Shown one piece after another: positions 23,181-36,389 of a DNA stretch of 64,000 nt. Both the position numbers and the translations under genes were made by a program. Origin of the DNA: Hydrolagus colliei (lineage: Eukaryota); the NCBI GenBank assembly GCA_035084275.1, contig CM068750.1:9486001-9550000 (forward strand). Reading direction: 5' to 3'. Every line of letters begins with the position of its first letter. Within the stretch, counting starts at the first letter, position 1. The notes below the pieces were generated by a model. The model was given only the letters and a program-made list of their open reading frames with translations, was not told the origin of the DNA and did not search any database.

Positions 23181-25879
23181 GGGGTGCCCTTTTTATTTTT
23201 ATATTCCGTATCTCCTCCAGTCAGTGCCATGGTTCTCCACAGTGGCTTTGTGTCCATTTGCCTGATGGTCGGAGGGCACCGCAAAGCATCAAAAATGCAG
23301 AATATGTTTGCCTGAGAGTTGAAGAGCTAGTTGCATGCCGTAGGCGTTGGATCAGAAATTTCTGCATCCTAAATGTCCATTTCCTGGTTTCTAGGGAGGC
23401 TCCTCCTGCTGAACTCCGAAACGCCATCTGTGTTTTTCCACCCAATATTGGTTTTAGTCCATCAGATTTTTCTGGGGTGAAAGAGAGAAATCCTAATCTG
23501 AAATCCAATTCATTCCAAACATTCATTCCTTGTGTGTAATTAATTAGATTATTCATGAGGATAAAAAGCTTAGAGAAGGTGAACGTGCTGTAAACCACAT
23601 CTTATTGTTTTACAACAGAGCGTCTGATATGGGGGCTGAGAAAATTTCAGGGAGAGATGAAAATAAATTGAAACATCACATTAAATTCCACCAACATATC
23701 AGTGCACTAATCTGGCAGGAACAGTATACTTTGAGGTTCATATTTGTTAGGTTTTAACTTTGTGGAATTCAACTAACACTTGCTTTTGGCTTATGCCAAA
23801 ACTTTCTGGGTGTGCTGAACTCCATACTGAGCAAGCAAGTGAGAGCATTGAAAGTTCATAATTGCCTAAGTTTATTGTCATTGATTCAACACCAACTTTT
23901 TGTTCCACCACTAAATACTTTAGCCCTCGCAATAAGCTTCCTTCCTGTTTCTAAGCTAAATAAGTGGCATTTAGAAGCAGAAGTTAAGATTTGGAACAAC
24001 AACAGAATAATCTCTCCACTTGTTGAACTAAACAAAACTGGCCATCATTCAGCTCTAAATACAGGACATGTTAATACAAAGACATGAAAACAAACTTGCC
24101 AACTACTACCATCAATGAATTAAGATTCCATTTCCCATTCAATTCAATGTAAAATGTAATTTAAAAAAAACAGGGTGTGCCTTAATGTTTTTTTGATGTT
24201 GCAAGAAAGGGTGGGGATGGGGTGTTGGGAATTGAATTTCATTTTTCAGAGAGTTTATACTTTGAAAGAAATTCAAATGAAATGATTAGTTATTGACTGC
24301 AGCTAGATATTACATCTGGCTGGATTGTAACCTTGCAAACTGGAAAGTGACGGTGGTGAGAGGAATTCACTGTCATCTCACAGTATTGTTCGCTCACAAG
24401 CTGCTCCTGTGACTGTCAAGGCGAATTTATTATTCACATCTTCTGAATACACTAAAGAGAAACCTTGTTTTGAAACATTACGTACAATGCAGGAAGCTCA
24501 GCCCCTCAATCATTTGCTTTGACCCCAGGCACCGCAGTCCCGTTCTTGTTTAAAATATACTTCCTTTAGGGAATAATATTTTTTAAATGCTATGCGCTTA
24601 ACTTGGGTTTGGTATGTTTTTACATTATTCACTTCAAGTAGTCATAGTTCTACTCATGTGGAAAAAGCTAATGTAATACTGTCTGAAAAATTTAATCTTT
24701 CATGAAATTATAATGCTAAACATCAGCAGAAAAGTACCCCCTGATAAATAAATTAAAATATCTGTTTAACATGCGAATTGCAGTTTCGAGTTAGGGTAAC
24801 AAACTTGTGGGTGTTCAGCACCAAGCACACTTATGCTTTTGCAGTTGTGGATGCTTAAGATGCCCTCTTTGCAATCAGCCATGCCAGTCGCAGCACAGAG
24901 CAAAATTTGCACGAAAACGGCTGCAACGTACACTGACAGAAATTTGAACCGTTTTTTTTCACCTCCGAACACCGCTAATTTGACAGCAACATTTGTACAG
25001 AATTTTTTTTCATATAATGCGGTAATGACAGATGAACATTATTGTGCTGATTCCAGATGTTGTCCCTTTGCCTGATTTAGTTCCTATATTCCCAGGAATT
25101 GTTGCACAGTTTCTCTGCCTGCATTAAAAACATTGAAAAAAAGCACATTTTTTCCTCTAGCAATGTTTCACTTTTCGTGTTTATATTCTGCATGTTATTT
25201 ACCATTTAAAATTGCCCTTTTAACAAAACACTACTTTTTTGTTAAAAAAAACACCTCAAGTGGCACATATCACTTCGTAAAGGCATCACCCCTTTCGATG
25301 CTGTCTAGCACCTTTACTAATAATGTCTGATAAATTGTAACTGCAGGGCTTTAGAAAAGTGTTAAATAAATTGCAAATATTTTCAATGGTACAGCAATGT
25401 TAACATATTAATAAAGAGAGGTATGAACAATTTAGAAATAAGAAGCTCACCTTTGCTTTTGAAAGGGTTTTTTTGCAAACAAGCAGTAGAGGCAGAGACA
25501 CTGTCTTAATTGTGAAAGGCTGGTTTAATCTGCAAGAATAGCCCACTGAGCAACAGTTTTAAAAACAGTATAGGTTTTCCTTTTCCATATTAAGCTGTGG
25601 AAGTTGCGTGGGGTAGAGTCTCTAGGAAATCCACTCTTTCTTTGAAAAAATGTTGGTGGTTAGATATAAGATTGGCACAACAATGACTGAAAATAGCAAG
25701 GGCTGATACGCATTGTCAGCTAGAATTTGGGTTAAGACAGTGACTTTTGTCTGCAAGGTGTCTGTCTTGAAAGGAGGAGATGAGAGATGCAAAATTGTAA
25801 TTTTCCTATCTCTAATCATTAAGGTATACAGCTGAATAATCTATGTCCTGATATCAACAGAACCTTTCACGATTATCCA

Positions 25880-26330
25880 TTACTAGATAAGTGCATTAAT
25901 CTCAAATGCTAACCTAGAAGCTAAGTGTTACTTTTGCCTTGCAAAATTAAGTGAGTGGCATCAGTGGTCATAAATGAAAGCATTCATCAAAGGTGTTGGC
26001 CGTGGCAGAGGATTAGCAAATGCTGATGAAGTATCCAAATTCCCATAACTCGGAATGGGACCAGATTCAGAATTCCTTTATTATCTCGCTGCTGCATAAC
26101 AAAGGTCTCATATATTTAATGCAGGTTTGCCCTAGGCCACATAATAGGATTAGGAATAATTTTTACAAATTTACAAAAACAAATCACATGGGAAGGCTTA
26201 GAATTTGCTAATAATTTCTCCACAGCTGATAGATCAAAGGGAGCAGGAGTTCTGAGCTAGGCAGCAGTTTGACCCTGGTCAGGCTTTCTAATGAAAGGGT
26301 TAATCTTCTCAGAGGTGACCATAGAGGAGC
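25880..26330. promoter_or_regulatory. Candidate Wnt/TCF + Hox/Cdx enhancer
   Basis: TCF/LEF sites CATCAAAGG (25985-25993) and AGATCAAAGGG (26231-26241), Cdx/posterior-Hox GTCATAAA (25967-25974) and Sox-like AACAAAG (~26098), within a repeat-free block. Confidence 0.4.
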
Positions 26331-27526
26331 AAATAGTGTGACCAAAGGGAGATTCAGGAATTAGAAAATCTGTCAAAAGAAGACTGGGTAATATGACAGG
26401 AAGAAAAAGTTTCCGAGGCGCACCATCTCTTACTTGTGCTTTTAGTGAAAATAGTTGGGAGAGGTCTGGACAAGTTTGTAAATTATATTAAAGAGAAGCC
26501 AAGAGTTACAGCGGACTTTACTAACTGTTTTAGAGTAATTTAATTTGCGAGGCTTCAGTGGAAAAGTTGTTTTTCCTCCTCCCCTCCACCCACACTCCTT
26601 TAAATTGAAATTGCAAGCCGTTTGATGCAGGGGGGGAAAAAAGGGTTTTGGAATCAGGGTATTCCTTAGGGAGAAAATGACATCAGGCAGCTTCCTGCAT
26701 TAACAAGGAAGGCAGGACACTGACAGCAAGTCAGAATAGGAGAACCTCACCCATGCATTTCTAAACTCATCAGCAGCAATCAGCGTGAGGAGAGACTTTC
26801 TAGCCCAGTTTAAAACAAAAGGCAGCAAAGGGGAACCACAGGCTAGCAAGTGGTGGAAAGGTTGCAGGAGGAAAAGGCAGAAGAAGAAAAAAAAGCTAAG
26901 GCTGGAACGTAATCTTTTCCAGCAGGGCAGCAAAAGGCTCTCAAGAGAGCCAAGACGATATCCATTAAAATTCAGCCACTGTTAATAATGTTAAGCTTGG
27001 AAACCACCAGTGATTTTAATCTTTTATTTACTAATTTATGACTGTAAAACAATTAATCTGCTCAACACTATGGATTAAATTTTCCCACTGGCGTTGTCGG
27101 TTGAGCAGTATTTAGGAAAAGCAGTAGCGATTTTAACGCAAGGTTCTTACAGCTACATTACAACCTGACTGAATTGTGTGCTCTATAGAGGTAAAGCACC
27201 AATTTATGATGCAAGTGGGATCGTGCATATTGCTACCAAGATTTTTGCAAGACAATGTCAACAGTGATCTATGACATAATTAAGACACATCTGCAACTGG
27301 CACTAATATCATTATAAAGAAAAGATCAGAATGTGCGACACAGACTCAAGTCACCAACTAGCAACGGCAGAGACAGCTGTAATCATCAGTAACCCATATG
27401 TACACAGATAACTTAGATCCACGAGCAGGAGGAGGAGTTCCTATGTACAAGAGTAGACCACGTGTTCTGCAATGACCATCTGGCACTTGGATCGGAGGAG
27501 TATTCTGAAGCAGGGAGGTGGTTAAT

Positions 27527-27637
27527 GATAATAATAATCCTTGCATTTGATGTAGCACCCTATCACGTCTTCAAGGTGTCTCAAAGTGCTTCACAGAATA
27601 TACTGCAAATAAACTGACTATATTTTGTGAGTAAAAC
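27527..27637 (-). mobile_element. SINE 3' fragment
   Basis: ATAATAATAATCCTTGCATTTGATGTAGCACCCTATCACGTCTTCAAGGTGTCTCAAAGTGCTTCACAGAATATACTG. Confidence 0.88.
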
Positions 27638-28907
27638 AATGGAGGTATATTTCTTGCTCCTAATTGCTCTCATTGATTGACGAGAGACTGGTTGGTCCCT
27701 GTGCACAAAGAAGGCCACGAGCCAGTTAATGTTACTCAATTGCTGGTTATATCCAAGAGCTTAAAAGGGACTGTTTTTGAGCAGCCGTTGAATGGATTCT
27801 CCTTGCCTGCGATTCTAGTCTAGCAGTAATTACCACCACCTTGCCAGTAGCAGTGACAATTATTACAAATCATATTTAATTTTAATGCAACATTCAGGCT
27901 CTGTCCAGCAATTACTCTGGCACTTATCTCCAGCTACCAGTCTCTTATCATAAGACTGCTAAACTACGACAGGAAGCAAGGGTCATTGTGGAATCGTCAG
28001 TAAAGTTGGATGGTCAGAGTAGAAGGTGGTTTTAGCTGGTTAGACTCCAGCAGTTACCCCAAAGCACACCCTGGGGTCTCCAAGCCTAATATTGTTGGCA
28101 ACCTGGAGCTAATACTTTCTGGAATTAGGCAAATAGGATCCAACCCTCCAGGGAAGAGAGTGCGCATTCCATTCCAACAATCTATCTCTGGATTTCTATG
28201 TGTAGGTGAGATGCTTGGAATTCTCAGTTTGGTTGGAATGCTCTTAAGCATGGTGGTGGGTTTCCCCACGTATCAGACACCTGGGTGACCAAAATAAAAT
28301 AGATGGGCCAGTGGTGTACACTTGCATTATCACATTGCTATTTTATTTAGTGTTAAATGCCACTTAAAGTGCATTCCAGGAGGCTTGGTCAATTACCAGA
28401 CCGTAGCTCCTAGACAATGTGCTTCTTTTGCTCCGCCAGAAGTTTAGCTTCTCCTCAGAGACAAACAGAGAGACAAACACGGCAGAGTCATCAGTTCGAG
28501 TCTCGGTACAAATATCTTGCTCACTGCTTTTTTTTTTGGACCTCCTGCAGTCACTCAACATTTTTCTCCAGCTTTCTTTCCAGATCCTATTCACTGAGGA
28601 AACAAGTTTACAGTATTGGGAATTTCTGCAGGGTAGGATTGAGGAGGGTACAAGCATCTTCTACAGAGGTATTATGTTTCCCTTTCCAGGGACTCTCCAC
28701 TGAAAGCTCCTTCACACTTAATAACCCTTCCTGCCGTCTTTCAAACATTTTGCTGCCTCTCACCATTAGCCTATTTAAATAGGATCAAGTGCGTAATTTG
28801 CATTCAATTCACATATAAACACTGGTACTTCTCATGAATTTGGCATAGTGCAATAGGCGTCAATCAGGTGCAATCCAGCTCAGCGTCAAACCACACTGTT
28901 TTAAGTA

Positions 28908-28968
28908 GTCTGAGATGCTTACCATGTGAAGGATGCTATATACAGCAATTGTGAGTTGTTGCTGTTGC
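28908..28968 (+). mobile_element. Decayed L2-type tail-only insertion
   Basis: TCTGAGATGCTTACCATGTGAAGGATGCTATATAC..GTTGTTGCTGTTG. Confidence 0.5.
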
Positions 28969-29100
28969 ATTTGCTGTTTAAAGCTATCGAAGAATGGGAC
29001 TTTTTGCTCTGCCAGAAACAGCTTATTTTACTTGATTCCAACCATTTTTGCTCGTGGTGAGTTTGTGGGGAATCAGCCCCATATTCATCAATACACACAG

Positions 29101-29267
29101 TAATAATAATCCTTGCATTTCATATACCGCCTAATCATGTTGTTGAGATGTCTAAAACTGCTTCGCAGAATATAGTATGAAGTGGATTGACTGTATATTT
29201 TGTGGGTGAAACTCAGCACCCAATTGCGCACAGCAGTGTCACACAAACAGTTGTGTATTGAGTGACA
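29101..29267 (-). mobile_element. SINE 3' half
   Basis: TAATAATAATCCTTGCATTTCATATACCGCC..GAGATGTCT..CTTCGCAGAATATAG..ATTGACTGTATATTTTGTGGGTGAAAC..CAATTGCGCACAGCAGTGTCACACAAACAG. Confidence 0.88.
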
Positions 29268-30254
29268 AAAGGATGGCGTCTGGGTGATGCTGATAGTCCA
29301 ACTAGGTGTTGGCCAATTATTCCAAATCCACCCAAACAAATTATCTTAAATAGAGGACAATATCTTGAGAAAACATAGTTGATGTAGAGATTTTCTTTTT
29401 TTTTTACACACCTGTAATATATTTGAGAGTTAGTAATTTTTATTTGAGAGTCATTTGATTTGACAACAAACTCACAGCACAGACAATCAGTTGGCATCTG
29501 GTACATTGTGCTAGGCTAGAAAATGTCTCAATAAAAACAAACCAATACTTCACTGTTCATAGCTTTCTACTAAACAAGTGCTACTTTCTAAAAGACAGAA
29601 TGAATCAAGTGGCTCTTCTCCCTCTATTGACTTATACAATTTACTTTAAAATTGTATTGTTAGACTTATTTGGAAACAATTTGAACAGAACAGCTTCTTA
29701 AAAACTGCTACAAAGCATCTTTCTGTGGAGATCTAAAATGTCAATATATGCTGCTAGGTTTTGTATAAACGCAAAGATAGATAGGATGTGAAAAGGCGAT
29801 TCACCTCATTAACTCTCCACATTGGGTAGTCCTGAATAAGATTCAGTCAACCCATGTCCAAATCCATCCTATTTTGATTTGTGTTGCGACATCATGCTTT
29901 CAAGTCTGATGTAACATTAGTTAACAAAGCTAGGCAATTTGTGCACATTTTCAGGTATTGGATTAGTCTGGGAAAGATATTTATTTTTGAAAGTAAATGC
30001 GAGAATATTTAAATTGTTTATTGTAAAAATAATTGGCTGTCATTCAAAGTGAACCAGACCAACACAAAATTAGGATGGATGCCTGCTTGCATGGTTCAAA
30101 TCTGAAGTTTGTTTCAATTAAGGTTATCGATGACATGTCACATTAATTATTACAATATGTATATATATAATTTTTTCATGAAATATTAAAACACATAATT
30201 GAAACGGTATGATTTTGGATATTAAAAATTCACAAAGGTTGATGATGTTTTGTG

Positions 30255-30565
30255 ATTGGAGTGATTGTGTATTTGTGAGAGAATGCAGCAACCAATTTGC
30301 ACACACCAAGGTCCCACAAACAGCCATGAAGTGGATGACCAATTTTATTTTGGAGTGGGTGGAACAGCTGTTGTAGGCTATGACATAGGGGAAATCTCTT
30401 CTTTTGAATAGTATGATGGGTTCGTTAGCCTTCACAAACAAACAGACCTTGGTTTATTGTCTCCTCCAATGGACCATATCGCCAACAATGCAAACACCTC
30501 CAGTGATGCACTGGCTTGAACCCACAACTTTGTAACTCAGAGGGGAGAGTGACATCACTGAGCCA
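30255..30565 (-). mobile_element. Deu-domain SINE retaining a tRNA-like head
   Basis: The minus strand begins TGGCTCAGTGATGTCACTCTCCCCTCTGAGTTACAAAGTTGTGGGTTCAAGCC (A/B boxes). Deu-like CAGTGCATCACTGGAGG..GGAGACAATAAACCAAGG follows, then CATGGCTGTTTGTGGGACCTTG..GCAAATTGGTTGCTGC, which is shared with the 11709 copy. Confidence 0.78.
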
Positions 30566-33500
30566 GACTGACACATGATATGGGGGGAATAATACCAAGC
30601 AGTGTTACACACAGCTCATTTGATAATTATAAGTGGAAACCATCAGTGTCCAAGGTTATCAAAGGTGATATGTTTTCTCTCAGCAGAATCTGTTATGAAA
30701 CATCACATTTTTTATTCCTCAATTTACGGGGTAATTCTTTGCAGATTTAATACAGGTGTTTTCTACCTTAAAAAGCTTTCAGCGCAGAGAAACACTGCAG
30801 TACTTCCAGTTCATAGATGCAGCAACTGCAGTTCCAGAACTTCCCAAAACTCTTCATATTACTTTGCATGGCTGACCAACCCCCACCTCTCCCCGAGGCA
30901 GACTGCAGTAGGAATTATATAGTCTAATATAAGGACTTACTAGTATTTAATCACTATTACAATAAATCATGTGAATATCACATACATTCCACAAAGAATT
31001 ATACCCACGTGAGTGATTTAATAGAGCACAAGAAAAACCTGGGAAAAACAGAGAAATCACAGTTAATTACACTCATTCAGTCACTTAAAGGAACTGCAAG
31101 CTAGAAATTCAGCCTAATTATGCCGTTTGTAACAAAAGGAATTGATGAAATATTTTAGCATTGGTATATGCTGATTGCAAAATTTAATATATATTTTTAA
31201 AAACATTATTATTACATTACAGCAACACAATAAATGCACAATGAGTAATCTACCTTTCTGAATTTTCTCCCTACAGAAAAAAACCCTCCCTTTACCCTAC
31301 TTGCTGTCTGTCCAGGTTATACTAGTTACTCATTCTTCCTCGCCTTCCAACACCTTGGCTTCCTCCCCAGACGAGAGAGAATTAGATTGATGTAATGGGA
31401 AAGAAGATGTTGCATATAATGGTTATTGCTTACCTCCCCTTCGTTGGCCTTGAGAATTGGGCAAAGCTCATTAATGGGTGAGAGAAAGCATTGCAATAAT
31501 TACAGAGGGGTTTCACTCACACTAAATTAAGCTTCACCTCATGCTCATGAGCAGGAAACATAGCGATAGGCAAAGAAGGGGACAGAGAGCAAGTAAAAAA
31601 GGCGAGAAGACTGGGACAGTGAATGAGAAGGTAGTGGAGGTTTGGCTGGTGAGTAAGAGGGCAAAGGAAGACTAGATGGGGAGTCGGAGAGTAGTCCTGG
31701 ACAGTGAGTGCAAAAAGTGTGGTAACATAGACAATGAACAGGAAGGCAGAAGGCATAGGAATTGAATACATAAAGAGAAAAAGGTTACAGCTAATAATCC
31801 TGTCCATGTTAACTTCTCATTGACAAGTTTACAAAAAATTAGGACCCATCCCACTCACTCTCTGTCTCATCCTTTGCAGAAATGGAGATTCTGGCAAAAT
31901 ATTCAGTAGTGCATTTGACTTTCACTATGAATTTATACCAGAGGAAGAATGAGGATCAGGCAATTTATTTTCGAGAACAGTTTAATCAGGAAGCAGATCC
32001 CTTGGCAAATGACTGATCTTAATTATTGGTTACATTGAATTGTAGAACTCAGGGCTACAATTAGCCAGAATGTTTCAGAGCCCTGTGGAGAGGTAGAAAG
32101 CAGATTTACATCTGAGGTTCCCTTGATATGTGGAGCTGCTGATCTCAGTCATGGCTCCATGGCTAAAATGTGTCCACAGGCAGGAAAGGAAAATTGGATA
32201 GTTATGTTTGAGACTCTATTGACTGCTTTTCAAACGGCATCAAAACAGTATCGATTCACCAGCCTCTCCTTACAGCCACAGGTAGTGAGGTGCAAGGAAA
32301 ACAAGAACAAGACAGAGCACTTAAAATGATGATGTCATAGAGAATCTCACGCAAAAAATAATTGTATTCTGAAACAAAGAACTCACCAGCTTCAACTGGA
32401 ACAGCTATTAATATTATTGACAACTACGGTAAATAAACACTTCCACGAGATATTTTGTGCTATATTCTTGGAAGCAGCTGAAAAAACTGTACTCTTGCTG
32501 CATTTTTATCTTCACGTTTAATTGATCTCTCCTTTAAGATCTTCTTACACATGGACCATTCCAAGGTTGATCGGTTGGCAAATATCCTGGCCCTGGATTG
32601 TGGCCACAATTATTTGTTAGCCAGTTGAAAGACATGTAGTAACCCTGCAAAGATTATTCTCCTCTGCTTGTCCCTTTCTTCTAGTGAGTGAAGATGTATT
32701 TGACCTCAATGTCTTCGGCAAACAAAGTGACCGATCAAAAAAAACAATCATACACTGAGTGGATTGGAGCACAAACACCATCTCCACATCTCACTACACT
32801 TTAGTTCTATCATAGAAATGGTTCTAGATTCTTCAAAGAGTTACATATATTTTTCAGTGTGTGAAACACCCACAAGGTCTTTTCAGGCAGACAACTACAA
32901 TGTTTGACTTTCCTTTTAATAATGAATGTCAGCGAATCAGGGGGCAGGAGGAGGTGACCACAAATATAACATTCATGTAATATGACTATTGTAACATTGA
33001 CCATAAAAACTAGAGGCATGAAAAAAAATCACAAACAAATTAAGGTACAAACGTAATTCCTGACTAATTACACGTCTCTTCGCTAAAAGTGTCCAGTTTT
33101 GATTGGCTATCACATATGTAAATATGTAATGTTCCATCATCATTAGCACATCAAATTAGCAAATTACTAACAATTCTCACCTTTGTAATACATTTTTTTA
33201 GATCCCAGGACTGGTGTTAGAATCTATTATTGCGCTTCTTCACATCCACGCCATGAAATATATATTAAACTATCTGTACTTATTACAAGTATGTATCGCT
33301 TTCAGGCCAAGTGGGAGTTAATGCAAATCAGAGTATTTGCTCGAAATGTGGAAGCAAATGTTTAATTTATTTTGGGTTTTTTCTTGTATGTGAATCAAAC
33401 CTTTCAACTAATCATGACAGACTTTGTAGATAAATTACACTTTCAACCGCTGAAGCACTGGCGTATGACCAAAAAGAACTGCAAATTGCATATCAGATGA

Positions 33501-34149
33501 TTTCTGCCTTCGGAAGGAGGGTTGAATTCAGAAATAAATGAAGAGCAACAATATGCTATTTATAATATACTCAGCCTAGGTTTGTTGTGCATGCACACTG
33601 TTTAGTGGTGTTATGGATACAATAGCAGTGATTATTGATGGATCCCACAACTACTTTGTTTTGCTAGGGGATTAACAGCACAACATGTGTTTTGGTGGTC
33701 ACTTGTAGTATCTCAGCAAAGAGAACAGACAGGAAGAGTTTACTCGTGCTTTACAGAGCGGTTTTCCGATAGTACTGCACTGAATGGATTAGTTTTGAAA
33801 ATGTTATTCAGGGTTCAGATTTCTGCATGGACAACAAGCTCCACTGGATGGAAAAGTTTACAAGCATTTGGCTTAGCACCATATTGTTTGTAAACTATTT
33901 TATTAAAATTCCATTGCAATAGATTAGGCTAAATAAATTCCGTAATTGATATAACAGTAGGAGTACCTGACAGGCTGTTTACTCATGTTGACCAACGTTT
34001 TAGAAATCTGGGAAATTGGGAACAGCACCAGCTGTAGATTCATGCGGAAAAATTGCTGGGACTAAACTCAATACATTTCAATTGCAGACAGTGCTGTCTG
34101 CCCAATACAAGCGCCATTTGTGCCAGCTACAGAAACTGTAATATATGGA

Positions 34150-34560
34150 GCAATACTTTGTTGTTAAATGTCAGATTTTCCATTTTCTTTCCACTGCGAC
34201 CAGTAACTGGAACTATGTTTTATTAAGGGGCCACATGCCTGCTTAATCCAGGGAAAGTAAGGACACAAGTGCATCATCAGTTCTCCAACCATCCAGTGTA
34301 TTTGCACACCAACCTAAACCTTGCTATTTTCCTGATCCACCGAAACTTCAGATGCAAATATCTACCAATAGATTTCACATCTTGATCTAGATGCCAATTG
34401 ATCTTCAGTGATTCCCATTCCTCTGCATATGCCTTAGGTTCTGCGCAGCCATAAAACAGCAAAATTTCCCTCAATCCAACTGACAGAAATTCATCCTCAT
34501 TCAGAAGCTTTAAAGCTTTGATATCCCACCCATCCGCAGGCAACACACAAATATCCACAC
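34150..34560 (-). mobile_element. Possible hAT transposase C-terminal (dimerisation domain) remnant
   Basis: The minus strand 34255->34186 reads FPGLSRHVAP**NIVPVT(fs)VAVER, like the hAT motif FPxLxxLA..xPVTSxxVERxFS. It is preceded by ORF 34277..34558 containing EEWESLK. Confidence 0.45.
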
Positions 34561-35009
34561 AATGTATACATTTTACAATAGCAACAATAACATTATTTTA
34601 TCAAAAATTTAGACTCCATTAGAAAATGTCGCTTTGCTGCAAAGAATGACATGGCGACCTAACAATTACAGCAAACACGGTTGAAAATTGTGGAGGGCGA
34701 CAAGCATGTATGGGAAGGGAACAATTTTGACTCTCATTAACGTGCCAATAATTGAATGCTGGTCATACATAATCGACGGCAGTTATTTTTCTTGCTGCAC
34801 CTTTAATGCACCTAAATCACTATGCATGGAAATGGCACTCTTTTCATCTTGTGAAATAAATTAAAATACTGTGAAAATATTTACTTTAGCCTATGCAATT
34901 ACAATAAAAAAAAACTAAAAATGTGGTCCTTGTGTGTTCCCATTAGAATTGCGGAAACTCGGCTAAAAAGCATATATCATGCTACTTTTCTTTGTCGCTC
35001 ACTCTGCAG

Positions 35010-35148
35010 CGGTTTGTGTGCTTAATTGACTGCCACATTTTGCCCACAAAAATACAGGCAAACCACTTTACAGTATACTCTGTGAAGCGCCTTTGAGGTA
35101 TCCGAATGGTGTGATAAAGGTACTATATCAAATGCAAAGATTATTATT
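35010..35148 (+). mobile_element. SINE 3' fragment
   Basis: AATTGACTGCCACATTTTGCCCACAAAAATACAG..CACTTTACAGTATACTCTGTGAAGCGC..GGTACTATATCAAATGCAAAGATTATTATT. Confidence 0.85.
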
Positions 35149-36389
35149 GATTATTTGTCCACTTGTGGATTAGATTTAGCCATGATAGGCAGAGGTTTTA
35201 TCATAACTCATTTTATCATAAATACTTTTACCTGAAGAGCAGTTGATGTATATGATTGGCAATTTGTCGATGGTTTACAAAACATGCAATATCTAAAAAC
35301 TAGAATATAATAGCATGGAGGGCAAATAATAAGTTGAGGGGAGAGTTATCACATTCTGAGACCATAGGAAACTCTGCAGTCTGCAAAGCTTGGGAGGTCT
35401 TCCAGCAAGGCACACATTTCTCTTGTCTAAGAGACCTTTTAAATGGTCTCCTTGTTAAGCCTGAAATGACACTTCTATGACAGGCTGCATGAGAGATTTA
35501 GACAATGAAGCAGACTGCAGCACTGATTATTTCCACTCTCTTGATTGGCAGTTCACGCCCATCTAACAATATCGAAATACACTTTGCTGCTAATTTTCTA
35601 GAAGACAAAACTGCTCGTATTTCAAGGTCACCTTATTGAAGAGTTTAAAGCCAGATTTCTGCAAGATGTGTATATTTACAAGAACACACATCAGTGGTCA
35701 CTAGGGAAGATAAGCTGTTGGAGAATAAAGAGAAGCATTTCCTTATACAGCTCAGACATCACTGAAGCAGATAAAATTGGTGATGCCCATTCACACGCTT
35801 CCTGGGCTTACGCCATCAGGAGCACAGTCCAATAAATATATATTCATCGGCTACATTCAACATTGGAGAGAGACCATATAAATGCCCCAATCTAAGATAA
35901 AATGATGTTACTTCAACGCACAGAGTCTCTGACTGTTTTATTTTATTTTCATGGATCTTTTCCAAGCGTTGCAGTACCCTTTTATTTAGATTCATTGGAT
36001 CAAGTTTTAGACCTGTGCTTTTGTTTGATGCTAGCTGGTAATGAAGAGCTCTTCAGCTAAATGTAGCTTTATTTCACCATTAGCTGAAGCCCTTGAAACA
36101 GTCATTGAGGAAACAGAGTTTAAAGCCCTTCAAAGTCAAGGCGTTTAGTGCCACTCTTGTATCAATCAAGGCTCCCCTCCAGTAAGTGCTATTTCCTCTC
36201 TATGCTCACATTTACATGAAATATTCATAAAGCATTCAGTTGTGCTCTTCAGTCTCCTAATAATCACTTTTAAGAAGAAGCTGCAATCATCTCAGTCAGG
36301 GCAGGGTGTTATGGGATGTGCTGTACCTTTCAATGCCAGGCGTCCTGCAGATTACTAGTTTTGTAATGAGGTGATTGACATCACAGGCT

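Noticed and set aside
28364-28782. Three overlapping ORFs with acceptor/donor-like sites near 28583 and 28631
   Set aside because: No recognisable domain. Compositional bias explains the ORFs, and the splice-like sites have no further support.
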